The notes: generated from the sequence alone by a model not told the origin. 64,000 nucleotides of DNA from Marsupella aquatica (GCA_973895155.1 OZ316892.1:4112410-4176409), one strand, 5' to 3'; shown: positions 35,901 through 50,392, numbered from the stretch's first letter. A program made the numbers and translations.

Positions 35901-37956
35901 AGCAGTATAGCCTACCTGTAAGCTGACCAACACACATAATTCAGGGCAAACTGTGACCTACCATCTGCAAAGTCCTTGAATCTGGCCAGGGCTTGTTGGT
36001 CCTGACACAGAGAACCTGGACCACTGCATAGAAGTGAGTGGTAGCTATTCCATGCGTCACCTGCACATGCATTGCTGGCACCAACACCGCTGTTACCAAC
36101 TCTTAACCAGAAGACGCTCCTACCTGCCTCCCAAGTACAGCTGAAAATTGACAGGTTCATCCAAATACTCTCCAGAAAAATAGATGGGTGCAACACTACA
36201 ACTTCAAGGTTCAGAAAACTGGAGTTAACTTTCTTAGCGAGAGCCTACACTACCTCAGAGCAGATGAAAGCCACAAAATCATTCTGCAAAGGACATTTGA
36301 AAACAATTCTGCAACATGGTGACTTCGCTACTACTTTAAAACTTGATCATTAACACGAACCTGCAAAAGAGTTCTTCATTGCAACCACCAAGGCAATTTA
36401 TTATTGCGGGTAATGGGAAGAGGTCCCTTTCAGGCAAGCTAATGTCACCATTCAAAAGTGCGTTCACGAGCTTTGCTGAGATAGGTTTCTTTCCACTCGG
36501 CAAGTCCTCACAACCACACCCTTCTTCCCCATCATTACTTTCCTGTCTACTAGATTCGTCGATATCCATAGCTAAATCCTCAAATCCCCTGGAGTTGGAC
36601 GCAGCTATTATTGGTCCATGTGTACTAGTATGCGATTGGTGATGATGTTGGGAAGCATCGGGTAAACACTCATCTCCTCCCTCAAGAAGTCGACGTCCAA
36701 TTTGAAGCTCTAGGGAGCCGATGTACTGGAAACAGAAACTGCAAACCAGAGCATCTGCCTGTTTGATTGAAAGACGTTCACAAATACAAGATGTCAGTTA
36801 GACCTCACAACTGTATCCTCGCTGTGCAAAAAAGAACAAGTGAATGTAAGTCATGGCCTTTAGGAACGTTCTCAAAAGTACTTTACATATACAGCAAAAT
36901 ACTTCAAGGACAGAAAAGAGAGGGCACCTTATTTGCAGTGTGTTGAGCTCCAACCAGCTTAGGTTCTCGTAGCACAAGATCATCCTCCTTAAAATCTCTC
37001 TCAGCAAACAAACCTGGAGGCACGCATTACGTACCAGGGATGCATTATATAAAGGAGATGGCATGGCATGGCATGGCATGGCATGTGCACGGTTCAGCGC
37101 ACACCTTTCACTACCAATTTGGAGAATCGGTAAAATTAGAACAAGGGTACATGAATGCCCTACCTTTTCCCAGAGCACCTCCAATCTGGTCCACTCGCAA
37201 CCCAGGTCCTCTTCCTGATGCTGACAGCTTATCATAATAATTCTGGTGGCACAGTCCCATCCAAAGTTTTAGATGTGGACACTTACTACACTCATGGCAG
37301 AGAAGCTAGACATCACACATCTACACTAAACTTGTCATGGACACTGCAACTGCATGAAGATAGTATTCAATACTTGCTCTGCGCACAAGGAATCTCAAGG
37401 GTTTTAAAGTTTAGAAGTAAGAATTGTAAAGAGCCCCCTATCGAGCCACTCTATTGTCCCTCAGTTTCTCAACTCAAAAATTCGGCTGGTATGTGAACTC
37501 TTATTCACCCACATCCTTCACAAGGCCAAACTAGTTCAAATCTATCCGCGATTGACACTTCACTTGTTACAACGAAGTGAATAACCGACTACAAACGAGG
37601 CAAAATCTCTGATACAACCAAAAATTCAATGCAAGTTCCCAAGCATCGTCAATGAGTGACTACATCGTCAATTCCCCTCTAACAAAACTAATGGATTACT
37701 TTTCAGAATTTATAACTTTCAAAGACGGACGATGAGACAAAGACCGCCTTCGCTGATAATATTGGACTCCAATGCAATGCGCGAGATGTGACATAGAATT
37801 AACAAAAACGATAGAAGGGATACTACTCATAGAAACAACAACAACCACAACAACAACATCAAATATTAAATACTACAAACTCACCCGCATGGCGGAATCG
37901 GGCGGACGTGCCAGCAGTTGCTCCACCATGACTACAGACCTGAGCTCCCTCGGCAT
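32919..37956 (-). CDS. ATXR2: ATXR2/SDG36-like SET-MYND lysine methyltransferase, 15 exons, ~511 aa
   Basis: Phase-consistent exons: 37956-37885, 37242-37164, 37013-36928, 36758-36361, 36074-35962, 35733-35702, 35602-35448, 35285-35198, 34921-34873, 34613-34559, 34437-34368, 34214-34145, 33934-33858, 33652-33596, 33053-32919. Motifs GKGLFA, LVCSFCF, IGMFEQNNL, QSCINHSCQPNA, GEEITISYID, YGFVCSCPRC. The start could instead be the ATG at 37929. Confidence 0.92.
34614..34872 (-). other. U12-type (minor spliceosome) GT-AG intron of ATXR2
   Basis: Donor GTATCCTT; branch site ACCTTAAC about 10 nt before the terminal AG. Confidence 0.85.
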
Positions 37957-38913
37957 CAGTCAAGTGACAATTTTCTGGACGCGAACGAGACTTGGGTGAG
38001 GAAACTACGGACAACAATTGCGAAAGTTTAGGGTTTAGGGTAAACCCCCAAATGCCACATAGAACGATTCATCTTGGAGAACACCTTGCTGCTGGAGGAC
38101 GTCGAGCACGACAATGCCGTGTCTGCTGCTGCTGCTGTAGACAGAAGCACCGTCGTCATTTTCTTCTCCCACAGCGTTCACCCTGTAAACTCAGAAGGCC
38201 CGCACGTCGAGAGATACACCAAGCGCCTTAAACCCCTGAAACTACAAGTTTCGTTTCCAAGATTGGTATGCAACCAGTCCAATTAAGATGGTTGTAGAGT
38301 ATCTTGTTGACTGTATTTGGTAATTTACAACTATAATAAAGGATCCTGTCGTTTTTAGTCCTTCTTTCCCATACAAAAAAATTTCTGGGCAGGGAAAATC
38401 CAGAGCCATTGGATTTGATTAGCTGTTTTTGCTCACCATTGATGAAAAAAATGTACACCCTATCACGTATTTGCTTCCCGCTGCCCCATAATGCCCCCGG
38501 CCAATCCCTATGGGCCTACCCTCCTTGCACACTGGCATAGAGCTCGTCTTAGTATAAAAGTGCAAGGATTGGTATGCAACCAGTCCAGTTAAGATGGTTG
38601 TCTAGTATCTTGTTGACTGTATTTGGTAATCTTATTATAAAAGCGCCAATAAAAGTTTACTCTTAAGGGTCACGGTCTAGAAGGGTCACGGTCTAGACAG
38701 TAACTCTCCCTATAGAGACAAGGCTGATAATGAGGTTCAATAAGGTAAACATCTTAAATGAGGATGAACAAAATTGACATTAACTAAAGACAAACCTGAA
38801 ATGAGAATGGACAAAAAACAAGGATGAGTCAAAGACTGATCAAATAGCATATAAATTGTAGCAAGATTTTCCTTCATATCCATATATGTTGAAGGAATGG
38901 GTCATGGGAGCTA

Positions 38914-39520
38914 GTTTTCAATAACTTTGGTTTGTCCAGAAATAGTGTGACTTAACATGTTTAATTAGTGTGATTCCTGATGAAAAAACAAATTCACACT
39001 AATTCTATAATATTGGTGTCACACTAATTAGTTTCTTGTTGTCTGGTATCTTGTTGACTGTAATTGGTAATTTTCAATAACTTTGATTTGCCCAGAGTGA
39101 CTTAACATGTTTAATTAGTGTGAATCCTGATGAAAAAACAAATTCACATAAATTAGTGTGAGTCACTCTATAATATTGGTGTCACACTAATTAGTTTCTG
39201 TAACTTGTTGACTGTAATTGGTAATTTTCAATAACTTTGATTTGTCCATAATAGTGACTTAACATGTTTAATTAGTGTGATTCCTGATGAAAAAACAAAT
39301 TCACATAAATTAGTGTGAGTCATTCATAATATTGGTGTCACACTAATTAGTTTCTTGTTGTCTGGTATCTTGACTGTAATTGGTAATTTTCAATAACTTT
39401 GGTTTGTCTGTAAATAGTGTGACTTAACATGTTTAATTAGTGTGATTCCTGATGAAAAAACAAATTCACATAAATTAGTGAGTCACTCTATAACATTGGT
39501 GTCACACTAATTGGTGTCAC
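38914..39520. repeat. ~157-bp AT-rich tandem repeat, about 4 copies
   Basis: TTTTCAATAACTTTG starts at ~38914, 39071, 39225 and 39387. Related TATCTTGTTGACTGTA segments at 38260-38325 and 38565-38630. Confidence 0.9.
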
Positions 39521-39562
39521 ATTAATTGTTCATTCACACTAATTGCGGTGGACTGCGTACTA

Positions 39563-39768
39563 AACCTAGCCCAGATCCTATACTTACATTTGCTCTACTC
39601 TAGAGAAACTCTAACCTTAATTCACTATCTAGTCACATGGTCGGGGTTAGAAGCCAACAACCCCGGCCCAGACAGCCTTTTTCCTATAGTTACTTTAGAT
39701 TGTGTCCAAGCACTCCCGTAATCACTTGCTTCTCTAGAGTAGAGCAAAGTTAGTATCTGGGCAGGGTT
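39563..39768. repeat. ~200-bp MITE-like inverted repeat
   Basis: TTTGCTCTACTCTAGAGAA pairs with TTCTCTAGAGTAGAGCAAA; GCCCAGAT pairs with ATCTGGGC. Confidence 0.6.
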
Positions 39769-40924
39769 CTATCCTGCACCCTGTTTACTAGCATTTTGGG
39801 AACAGGGTTCAGGCTAGAACCCTCCAAAGAAACTCCTTTATATCCAGGCAAATCCAGAAATGGTTACAGGCTAGAACCCTGCAAAGAACTTCTTTATATC
39901 CAGGCAACTCCAGAAATGATTACCCTTATATCAGGTAATTATTGTCCCTATCCAGGCACCTCCAGAAGGCAACTCCAGAAATGGCTACACTTATTCATGT
40001 AATTATTGTCCCTATCCAGGCAACTGCAGAATTAGTTACACTTACATCATGTAATTATTGTCCCTAAAAATGTGACAGATTACTGTAATAGCAAGACCTA
40101 CTTTACATATTCTAATTGCTGTCCAGAAAAAAGGTTACATATCACAGAGATGGTTACACACAGGTAACCTGTATTCCTGACAGCAATTACAAAGGATGAT
40201 CAATATTTTTCAATAGAACTGAAGCCTTGTAAACAGGATCCAAACGATAATCAACGTGTTTCGATAGAACTGAAGTCTTGACAACAGGATAAGAGCTGAC
40301 ATATCTGGGACAATGGAAACATGATCATCTCCAAAGATCTGAAACTTTGTACCTTCCTAAATTCTGTAAGCCAGTGGATGGCAATTAACATGGTTGCCGG
40401 TGATATTCATACGCTATATGTTGCTCCAAAAACGACAAGACACCAATGAGGATGTTGTCTTACATAACACGAAAAATCTGTACTCTAATGAGCAGAGAAG
40501 AAGCCATGCAGAATGCAGAAGACAAATTCTCAATCTCGAAAGACACATCGGTCTCATAAATAAATCAAGTTTGAGGGACGAACTTGACGTAGAATACCCA
40601 AATCATTCCAAGCGAAGATGCACAGTGATCAATATTGGGTACACAAATCCGTGCACGAACAGCAGAGGTCGACCCTTCAAAAGAACCTTTGTCACTAGAA
40701 ACTACTAGGTCGATCATGCACCTCGGAGCATTCGGGAATTGACCAAGCTTCAGGGGAGTAGACGTACCATAATCTCTCCGAGGAAGCACAACGAAATGAA
40801 GTTGTCAACGATATCACTACCTACAGTGGCAAAAATCCTTCCACACGGACCCCCAGCATGAGAAAGGGTCATGTGAAAAGACGAACAAAAAGTACAATGG
40901 CTGCTTCTAGAGCTACAACAGAGG

Positions 40925-41659
40925 CTACAAACTTCCTAGTGCCTTAGAAATCTCGGAGGTAACGTCTTTCGGAGATTTCTCCGCATGAAGATGGGCCACT
41001 ATTCCCTTCCGTTCATAATAGTCAACCACAGGGCTCGTTTGCTGATGAAAGGCCTCCAGCCTGCTCTTGAGAACGTCCGCATTATCGTCCTTCCTCTGGA
41101 TCAGCTTCTCACCGGTCACGTCATCGATCCCGGCCTTCTTGGGTGGCGCGAACTTTGTGTGGTATGATCGTCCACTGGCAGGGTGAATCCAACGACCTGT
41201 AATGCGCTCTTCGAGCACAGAATCTGCAATCTCGAAATCCAAAACCTTATCTATCTTGGTGCCCTTTTTCGCAAGCATCTCATCCAACTTCTGAGCTTGG
41301 ACCACCGTGCGAGGAAACCCATCCAGAATGAACCCTTTCGAGCACGACGGACGCTTCAGGGCTTCGTCAATGATGCCAACGACGAGATCGTCACTCACGA
41401 GCTCTCCCTTCTCCATGGCCTTCTTCGCCACCACTCCAAGAGGAGTTTGTGCCGCCACCGCGGCCCTCAGCATGTCTCCAGTGGCAAGATGACAGAGGCA
41501 GTAATCTTCTTTGATCACGGGAGATTGAGTCCCTTTTCCGCACCCGGGTGGCCCGATGAGGATCAATCGCTTCTCAGACTTTGGAGCGCATCGCAATCGC
41601 CTCAACACCTCGGTCATGAGGCTATCAATGGGCACGTCCTCCAAATTTGGCGTTGCCAT
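40925..41659 (-). CDS. ADK: Adenylate kinase (plant AK2/ADK3-4 type), single exon, 244 aa
   Basis: P-loop [49 protein letters not shown]; complete and uninterrupted. Confidence 0.97.
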   Translation of the reverse strand: MATPNLEDVPIDSLMTEVLRRLRCAPKSEKRLILIGPPGCGKGTQSPVIKEDYCLCHLATGDMLRAAVAAQTPLGVVAKKAMEKGELVSDDLVVGIIDEALKRPSCSKGFILDGFPRTVVQAQKLDEMLAKKGTKIDKVLDFEIADSVLEERITGRWIHPASGRSYHTKFAPPKKAGIDDVTGEKLIQRKDDNADVLKSRLEAFHQQTSPVVDYYERKGIVAHLHAEKSPKDVTSEISKALGSL

Positions 41660-44600
41660 CTTCCCAAGTCTCGATCGATCGAAAGAGAAGAGCTAATCAA
41701 GACGCGTCCGAGGAACAAATCTACTGACTTCCCAGAATCCCTGTCCCCGTTTCCTCGTTTACTCAATGTCAAGACGATCCAGCAAATCCGGCGGCTATGC
41801 AACAATGGCAGCTGTCTTGAAGCTCGAGTCGGCCCTACAAAACCGGCAAAAAACGGCTGCACCCGAGACCAATTTAAAATCTATAGGGTATTTAAAGTGC
41901 TCATCACGCAGTAACCCAGAAACGATCCGCATGACAATCTCCAGGTGCCACTTATTGCAGCCAACTCCCAAGTCTGAGGTGGTCATTGCATCCAAAGATT
42001 TACCTCTTAGGGTAGCAACACAAAACTAAACACAAACACATAGAAAATCCGCGGAAGAAAGATTCTTTCTCGTCTTTACCTAGCCCTCCAGCATGGTTAT
42101 AAAGAAATAAAAAGTCTTTCAAGATATTTCCTTCTCTTACAGTAGTCGATCACTAAATCACTTCGCCAACAAAAAGAATCAACAAATGCTAATCGTCAGT
42201 CTCCGGCCGCGCAGATGTCCCCTTACAACGAGACTCCCCGCTCTGTCTAAGACTAAACTCGAGACCATGGATTACTTCTCCACATCGCCGAACATCCGTC
42301 AAATGGACGGGGGCACACAAAGACCTAATAGGGGCGAACTACTAGTCTCTCACATCTCACCAAACTCGAAGATCTCCAAAAGACTGCTTCAAACAGATGA
42401 GACCACAAGCGTGTTATCAGCTCGATTGATCGATCGCCAGAGAGAGCTAGAGGGAGATCTTCGGGACCATACCTAATCACACATCGAAGGAGCGAGAGAG
42501 CAACCCGCAGCTGCCGATAGATCACTCCCTTCCGTTCTTTCACTCGCGCGACCGACCAGCAGCACCTCCCTCCATCATTCAAGCATTTTGGTGGATCGAT
42601 CTCCTCGAGTCCTCGTCGCCTCGATCGCTGGTCAGTAGAATAGCAGAATCCAACAATTGGAAAGCTGTGACACCTACTCGCAACCTCCGAAGAAATGGCA
42701 GCCCCTGTGATGTTGGCGTTGTCACAAAATCGTCGTGGAAACCTTCTTAGAGTCTTTACTTCACCAACTTCAGTCAAATGTGCTCACACGATTTCTCTGA
42801 GCTCGGATCCGATTTCTGCTGTCACGCGGAGTAATCGAAAATTTTCTCGTCTCCCCTAAAACAAGAATATGCTCTCATGGACCACAACGTTGGTCTTTGA
42901 AACCCCCATGGACCACAATTCCCAAAATTTGAGTTTAATTACAATAATCTCATGTTTTTCATTCAAATATTTTTTGGTTTTTAGTAGGTGCTAGAGGAGT
43001 AGGTAAGCTACACTTCCATAAAAGTGACCGTGATTTTTTGGCCATTTTGGTTGAATTATTCATCATGGAATTATTCATCATATTAGGTTAATTTCTATTG
43101 CATTAATATGAAATATTAGGGTTTGTGTGCTTTTGTGTCTCCTCCTTCTCTACTTGCCTTTCCAATGACAAACTAAAAATCATTTTCAGACTCATGGATC
43201 ATCAAATAAGCCCAAAACTCCCAAGTACCACCAAAATGTGGTCCACGGGAGCATTTTGTCCAACGTGGTGGTCGATCCAAGCCTCACTGTCCCGCTAAAA
43301 ACTTATCGTTTTGTTTTTCAGGATTCTGTTTTTGGCAACTGAAGCCCAGGTCTACCAAGCACGGGAACCATGCAACCCAAATGGACCCTGATGCCCTTTA
43401 CACCTTCACTCGTTGACACCTTTCTTGTAGCCCAGATGACTGTACCCAGCACATGAACCATGCATCTCAAATGGATGTAGACATCCTTTACATGTTCATT
43501 TGTTGACACCCTTCTTGTAGCAGAAAATGTTTCAGTTTTCAATAGACTAATTATAGATTTATCTATAAACTCACATGTTTTTTTATGCTCTAGAGGCAAA
43601 TACACCCTTCCAGTTTCTGAAAATGTTTCAATTTTAGTAGAGTACTAGATTTTTAAGGAAAAATCTAGAGGCTAATAGTGCCAAGTAAACAAAGTTGGGG
43701 CAGAAGGTTAGATACCATACTAGAGTTTTCTGTAAAGTGGCAGACTTAGGTGAGTTCTCTATTATTTGGTAGGGTTCAGACTGAGTTTTTGTGAGTCATC
43801 GGGTAGTTTTAAAGGATACTCATTCTAGGATTAACTAACCACATTTTTTTGAGTTTCACCCTCTAATTTTAGATATAACTCTAATGTGTCCTAAAATGTG
43901 AGAATTCTGAAAAACTCATGGTGAGATTGCAAATTGCTTGTGCTCTGATCCTATTTCTGTCTTTCTAGGATGTTACGACGAGCAATGGAAACTATTTTCT
44001 TCTCCCCTAAAACTTATATGTTTGTCTTTCAGGTTTCGCTTCTCAAAATTGAAGCCTGGATGGACCAAGCCCTTGAACCATGCAACCCAAATGGACCATG
44101 ACACCATTTCAAACCTTCCCTTGTTGACACCTTCCCCAATTCCATAATTAAATGTTTCAAGAGTAAAGTTTTATATGTCTATAGACTATAATATGCAATC
44201 TCACTCTTTCTTTCTTATGTGGTCTAATTAAGAAATGTTGCTTTCGCCAGAAGCCTCCCTGGCCATTGGATTATGGTGATATGTTTCCCTAACCATGAGA
44301 TGGACATAAGGGTGTTAGTGTGCCCTTTCCCATGCCCGACCCCCACCAAACCTGTCACTCTCCTTAACTTGCACACTGACTCCTTGAATCCAGTTGTCAG
44401 GCCTACTTGCTGATCAGCGCTTTCCTGCCTGGCCATCTCACTTATGTTCATCAACACTTCCACTCAACATTGTTTACTATTGACATTAATAACTACACAA
44501 TGCACAGGTATTGGACTAGTCTTCAATACCTCTCTTGATGCTCAATTGAATCGGGTTTTAATGGGCCTGTTAGAATCCTCCTTGAAACATCCTTCCAATG

Positions 44601-47600
44601 TGTCTAACACAGTTAGTTTTCATGAACATTTGAGAAAGATGAGAATTTCTCAAGACTACGCGGTCACTCACTATCCACACTTTGTCCTTCCAATAGATTT
44701 TGAGTAAATTGTTCGAGTCTATATCAATGCCTCCCTCAACATCCAATGAAAGTAGTCTACTTCTAGGTTCATTAGAAGAGACTTGGAAAGATCTTTTCAA
44801 TCTACTTAATAGAGGGATTTGCTTGTTGGGACCTAACATGAAAATGTTACTTGATAGGATTTTTTGGGTCCGTTGATTCAAGGTCAATCAACAGTCTGGA
44901 TCACTCAAGGGTCCTACCAAGTAACACATTTCATTTTGGGGTCCCATCAACTTTCATGGGAGGGATATGCTTAGGAGACCCCCTACCAGTAAAACTTTTC
45001 CTGATCAGCCCCCAAGAAAGTTTTTGCCCTGATCAACCCCCACTTAATGAGCCGTACACTCGGTTCTTCTATAAGGCAAAAATGCACATGCATGTCCTTA
45101 CGGTGCCTTACCTTGTCACCACAACAGTTGCCTCGTGTGCTTGACCATGTCTTTGTGTATGTAGTGGGGCCGCAGTTTCCTGCTGTCGCAAGTCTAACTC
45201 AATTCCCTGGTTAAGATTTGAAGACATTATGGATTATGTCTTCAAATTGTTTTAGAGTTTTGATAAGTTGGGACGCAATGTGCTGTGGAGCATCAGTGTC
45301 ACTTTTTCTTGTGGGTTCTAGGCAGGAGCGTCATTCTCTTATGGGTTTAGGCAAGCACTATTATTTAGTGAGTTTGGGCAAATTAAGGCAATGACAAGAT
45401 TAGGCGGGCCCAAAGTCAGTACGCAAGGCTTGAAGCAAAGCTTGACCCCAAGTATAAACTAGCAAGCCATGTGGGACTCTTTTCTAATAATTTTAATGTT
45501 TATTTTTAGGTGAGCCTTATGTCCCTTATGCCTTTTAGATATGCCATATTAGTCCTGGAAATGCAAAAGTGTGTATTATTAACAATATTAACCACGCTAT
45601 CCCTGGGCCACAATAACCAGAAGGGAGAAAGGGGTTTAGGGGTTAGAGTTTGTGGTTTGGAATCAAACAAATTGAGTATGATTAAATTGGTAGTGTTTAT
45701 TGCCACAAGCATGTCCTTACCTTTGCATATTAGCGATCATGATTCAATCCCCGATTCAATAGACAAGTGCTGAATATGAATGCAACGAGAACCAGGGCTA
45801 TCAGCTACTAACAAAATCCAATGATAAGGAAGACGCCAAAGAGTAAATTCAAATGAATATGAATGAATAAAAAATCCCATGAAAACCCTCGCTTCAGTTG
45901 ATATGAAGGTGTAAGGTACTAGTTAGTGTCTCCATGTGAAATAATGACTACATCAAGTTTTTGCCATTTTGTCCAAAGCCCAAAGACCACCCATGCCCAA
46001 CTCTTGCATTACAAAACTAGCTGGTCGATCAAATGTTTATGGGGGACATTCTTTGTCATTAAATGCAAATTCCTTACATAAAATCCTTCAGTTTGGAGGT
46101 AGTCAAAAGGTTTGGGAAGACCCTAGGCAGCCCACTAATTGACAGCCAGGTAGGATCAGTAAATTGCAAGCAAAACACAAGTATTTATGGATTTAGGGTT
46201 TAAAATACACATTGTCTTCATTGGCCTTTTTCCCAGAAAAAATAGTCTTGCCATGTTTGTGCAGGCAGGGGTCCGTGAATGGCCGAGACTGGTGGTTTTC
46301 ATAGACATTGTGGAGATTGTCTTCAAATAACACTTAGCATTGTTTGTAAAAGTGGTTGTATTGCGTGTGCACAATTGGCACTCCCTTTACATGTCATGCC
46401 TGCCCCCATATATGATGAGGACAAATATAACCTTTTGATTTAAAGAATTACCCTCTTTGAAGTTTAAATCTCAAAAGGGGAAACGGAATCATGCTGGGCT
46501 TTAGTTCTTGCGCAGTTCTATGGGATACTCTCAGGCTCTTTGGATTTCATGGGTTTTTTTTTCTGTTTCCTCCTTTATTGGGTCTTGTGCCCACTGTTCT
46601 TTGGTAGTGTGACATATGTTTTGAGATTTGAATCTCCAAAATATGTATTACAGTGCAAACAAACAAAAACACCAATGAAACCGGGAGACAAGGTCCCAAA
46701 GGCAAAGGGAAAAGGAGGGGACAAAACCCAAAGAAGACCAAAGAGGCCAAACAAGCAACCAAAGATACTACAAAGTGGCCTTTAAAACTAATACCCTATA
46801 GGGCAGAGAACTAAAAAGCCTGGTAGAGCTTGGAGTAAACCTCATAGGAGGGTCACAAAGTGGAATCTGCCTAGAGGTGCTAAAACCAACTGCCTAAGTT
46901 CTACGAAGGATAGTGAATGCTTGAACCCCCTGAAGTGCCTGGGAGACCCTCTGTCTATAGAAGGTGGTGAGGACGGAGGCAGGGAGATATGACCCCACAA
47001 GCCCTAAGAAACTGGTCAAAGGTAGGGTGTAGTGCACCAAAAACCTTAAGAGCAAAAGGGTAGAACAAATCCCTAGGGTAGTGAACAACATAGGCCCCCT
47101 GCTTGAGCCGGGTAGCCAGGTACATGGGCAGCTACCACAATGTGGCTCCCTCCTGTACTATCTGCAACAACCACATCATCAATAGAGCGAACCCCTACTA
47201 ACTCAAGAAATGACCATATCTCCAAAAGGAAGAACAAGTTAGGGTCATTGGTCTTGAGACTTAAACAAAAAAGATGGGAAAGCAGGATTTGAAACACTCA
47301 TCCCCTTGTCACGCTCAAAGTGAAGCTTTAATGTTTTGTAAATGACTCAGAAGCTTTGGGGAAATGACCAAATTAATTACCCATTTGTAGTTCAATTGAC
47401 TTCAATTGTTTGAGGTCAGCTTTGATCAGTCCCTTCCAGCAGAATCATGTCACATTGGCACCACCCCCCCTGAACTAAGAGGGGTATATTCAAAATTAGA
47501 CAAACGAGCATGAATGCACATTCTTTGAATATCAATAATAATGATTCATGATAAAAATCATTGTGCATGATCATCATTTTCACATATATAACAATTATGT

Positions 47601-48479
47601 ATCTCTTAATTCTTTCCATCCACATAAACTTTGGTGGGGCCTTGGAGTCACGGTCTAGCGGCTTGCGGGGCGGCTTGCCTCTAGAAGCCTAGACCCCAAC
47701 TCTAATTTCTCATTGCAATTTATTAGTGAGATATTGAGGGTACTCTGCAGCAGCTTTTTAGGGGTAAATTTCCTTAAACTTTTGCATGTTAAAATGGACT
47801 ATAATCTCATTTTTTGCAAACTAAGAGAAATTTCAAATTTTCAAACCTATATATGATTGCACATGATTTTGACAATTCACAGCCTCTCAGACCTGATCCA
47901 TTGACATTAACTGTGCAACATCTTGCTTAGTGTTGTGATAAAGTGCACTTCACAACAATGCTGGTCCTGGATGCATACATTGTAATGTTGTCAAGGATCA
48001 CACAATGTATTGTACAGTAGTGAACTGTGCATGAGTGCAGGGTGGATAAGTGCATTCAATATATTGTGCAGGACAACCATGTCATCTAACACTATAATAG
48101 CTGATGTCGCTCTTTTCTAATCTTCGTTCGTTTACGAAATCAGCAATGGGCGGGAATGATCCATGGCAATTAGATTATTTGACTGTTTTTATGAGCCGTT
48201 CGATCGTGAATAGGGTTGTGTCCAGGCACGCAGGGCTGTTGCAAGGCCGCTTGCTCGCCATGCCCCTCTCTCGCAGTTTACTCTAGGCATTTTGTGCTCC
48301 GACGTTTCAAAACGTACTCCTGCCCCGCCCACCATAGCTTCAATGGATACGCCAGCATCACTCGCGGGATTTTAGTCCAGGCATTTTACTCCTTGGCGCT
48401 CCTGACGCCACGGCCGTTCTCTCACTGACTACAGCTTGGACATGTCAGCATCGCTCGCAGCATTTTACTCCAGGCGTTT

Positions 48480-49110
48480 AAGTCCCTGCCGTGTCGCTCT
48501 CTCCCCATGCGCTGCGCTCCCTCCCCGGCTCCCCATCTGCTCTTTCTCCCCTTCCCATGCGCTTCACGGCCTCGCCGCGACCTCCCCATCCGCTCTCCTC
48601 CCCCCTCCCTATACACGCACCTCTTTTCTCCCTCCCTCCCTTGCTCCCCTCCGGCCCCCATGCGCGCGCTGCCTCCCACGGCCGGGCCCGGGTCCCTATG
48701 TACTCGGTCCTCCCTCCCTCCCTCCTCCCTCCCTCCCTCGCTCCCCTCCCCCATGCGCACGCTGCCCGGGTCCGAGTCCCTATGCAGTAGCTCCTCCCTC
48801 CCTCGCTCGATCCCCTCCCCTCCCTCATGCGCGTGCTGCCCAGGTCCGGGTCCCTATGCGCTCCCCTCCCCTCCCCTCGCTCGATCCCCTCCCCCCCCTC
48901 ATGCGCGTGCTGCCCAGGTCCGGGTCCCTATGCGCTCCCCTCCCCTCCCCCATGTGCATGCTGCCCCTCCCTCGCTCCCCTCCCCTCCCCATGCGCGCGC
49001 TGCCCTCCCCTCCCCATGCGCGCGCTGCCCTCCCCTCATGCGCTCACCTCCTCTCTCCCTTGCTCCCCTCCCCTCCCCCATGCGCGTGCTGCCTGGGTCC
49101 GGGACCGTAT
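48480..49110. repeat. C-rich degenerate minisatellite in the Helitron 5' region
   Basis: Repeated CCCCATGCGCG(T/C)GCTGCCC...GGTCCGGGTCCCTATG units separated by CCCT runs. Confidence 0.85.
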
Positions 49111-49543
49111 GCACTCGCCTTGATGGGTGAGTAAAAGGCCCCCCTTCCGATGGCAGGCTTGGCTTGCCTCGCTCCTGGATGCCTCGCCCTTCAACCTCGC
49201 ATACCTCGTGAGGTCAATGCTAACCCAGGCCTGACGCCCTCTTTGGGCATGATGGCAGGCCGGCGCCAGACTACTGCCGCGCCCCGACACCCTCTCGCCT
49301 TTCAGGACCTGACTCTTGACGCTGTCGCCATTGTACACCCAAGCCTGGAGTAACGAATTGCGCACGCCCTCCATTTTTGCACGAGTATTTTTGGGTTGGA
49401 GGCCAAAAAAATGCCGTGGGAAGTGGTCCGGGGGTGGCAGGACCCCAGAAGTATATATAAGGGGACCTGAAACATTGGAGGTGAGCAAAAACGGACAAAT
49501 AATGGAAGACGGCCAGACCATGGGAACCTGAATGGGAAACGAC

Positions 49544-50062
49544 CACACCCCGGGGCAGTATGGGAACATATGGGAACCTGCCACAGAATACAAAACAAGC
49601 ACACCCCGGGGCAGTATGGGAACATATGGGAACCTGCCACAGAATACAAAACAAGCACACCTCGGGCCGGTATGGGACCCAGCTAAACATGGAAACGGCC
49701 AAAGCACAACCCATTGGTGATGGCCCGGGGAAGGGGTGGGTTTGTGACAGTGTCAGAAATTTTGGGGGTAGATTTTATGAGGGATCCGCATGGGGTGGCC
49801 GACATAACAATTTGTGGGACCTCTACTTTTTTGGGTGGTCTGGGGGCGATCACCATGGGATGTGGTCGTCATCAGAAATTTTTGGGGAGCCCCTCTAATA
49901 TTTTTGGGTGACCCCCACTATTTTTGGCCCTTCTTTTTTGGGTGATCCGGGGGTGATCACCATGGGATGTGGCCGTCATCATAAATTTTGGGGAGACCCT
50001 CTAATATTTTGGGTAACCTGGGCAACGTTCTTTGGCCTTTCTTTTTTGGGTGATCCGGGGGC
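49544..50062. repeat. ~56-bp and ~118-bp tandem duplications
   Basis: CACACCCCGGGGCAGTATGGGAACATATGGGAACCTG x2; GATCACCATGGGATGTGG.CGTCATCA.AAATTTT x2. Confidence 0.8.
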
Positions 50063-50392
50063 GAAATGGGACACAGGCATTTGATTGTGATCACTTTGTG
50101 GTGCTTGCATCAGCCAATGCCTGTTAAGTGGATACCATAGGGGCAAGAGACGTCCTAGGAGTAGGATGATCGCCACAAAGGTTGGGAGGGCAAGACGAGG
50201 GACTGCGGTAGGCGATATCTTTCACAGATATTGGGTCTCCTCACATGTCTCAGGTCTCTTGCAAAGGTGTGGCCCAACCGGCGTTCAACATAGTTAGGGG
50301 TCTCTTAGCTTCATTGCGGGTACATACAAAATTCTCATAGGTTTTGTGGGTTGGATGCAGACAATGAAGGGGTTTAAGAGAGAACCTGGACC

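Noticed and set aside
41183-41914. 243-aa plus-strand ORF
   Set aside because: It is an antisense shadow of the adenylate kinase with no recognisable motifs.
43300-47310. Possible decayed TE coding remnants (84-bp duplication at ~43350-43520; LINE- or transposase-like fragments on the minus strand at 44.2-47.3 kb)
   Set aside because: No diagnostic motif or terminus could be identified by eye; a translated search is needed.
48422-49134. Several long Pro-rich or Gly/Arg-rich ORFs
   Set aside because: They arise from C-rich low-complexity repeats that lack stop codons in most frames.
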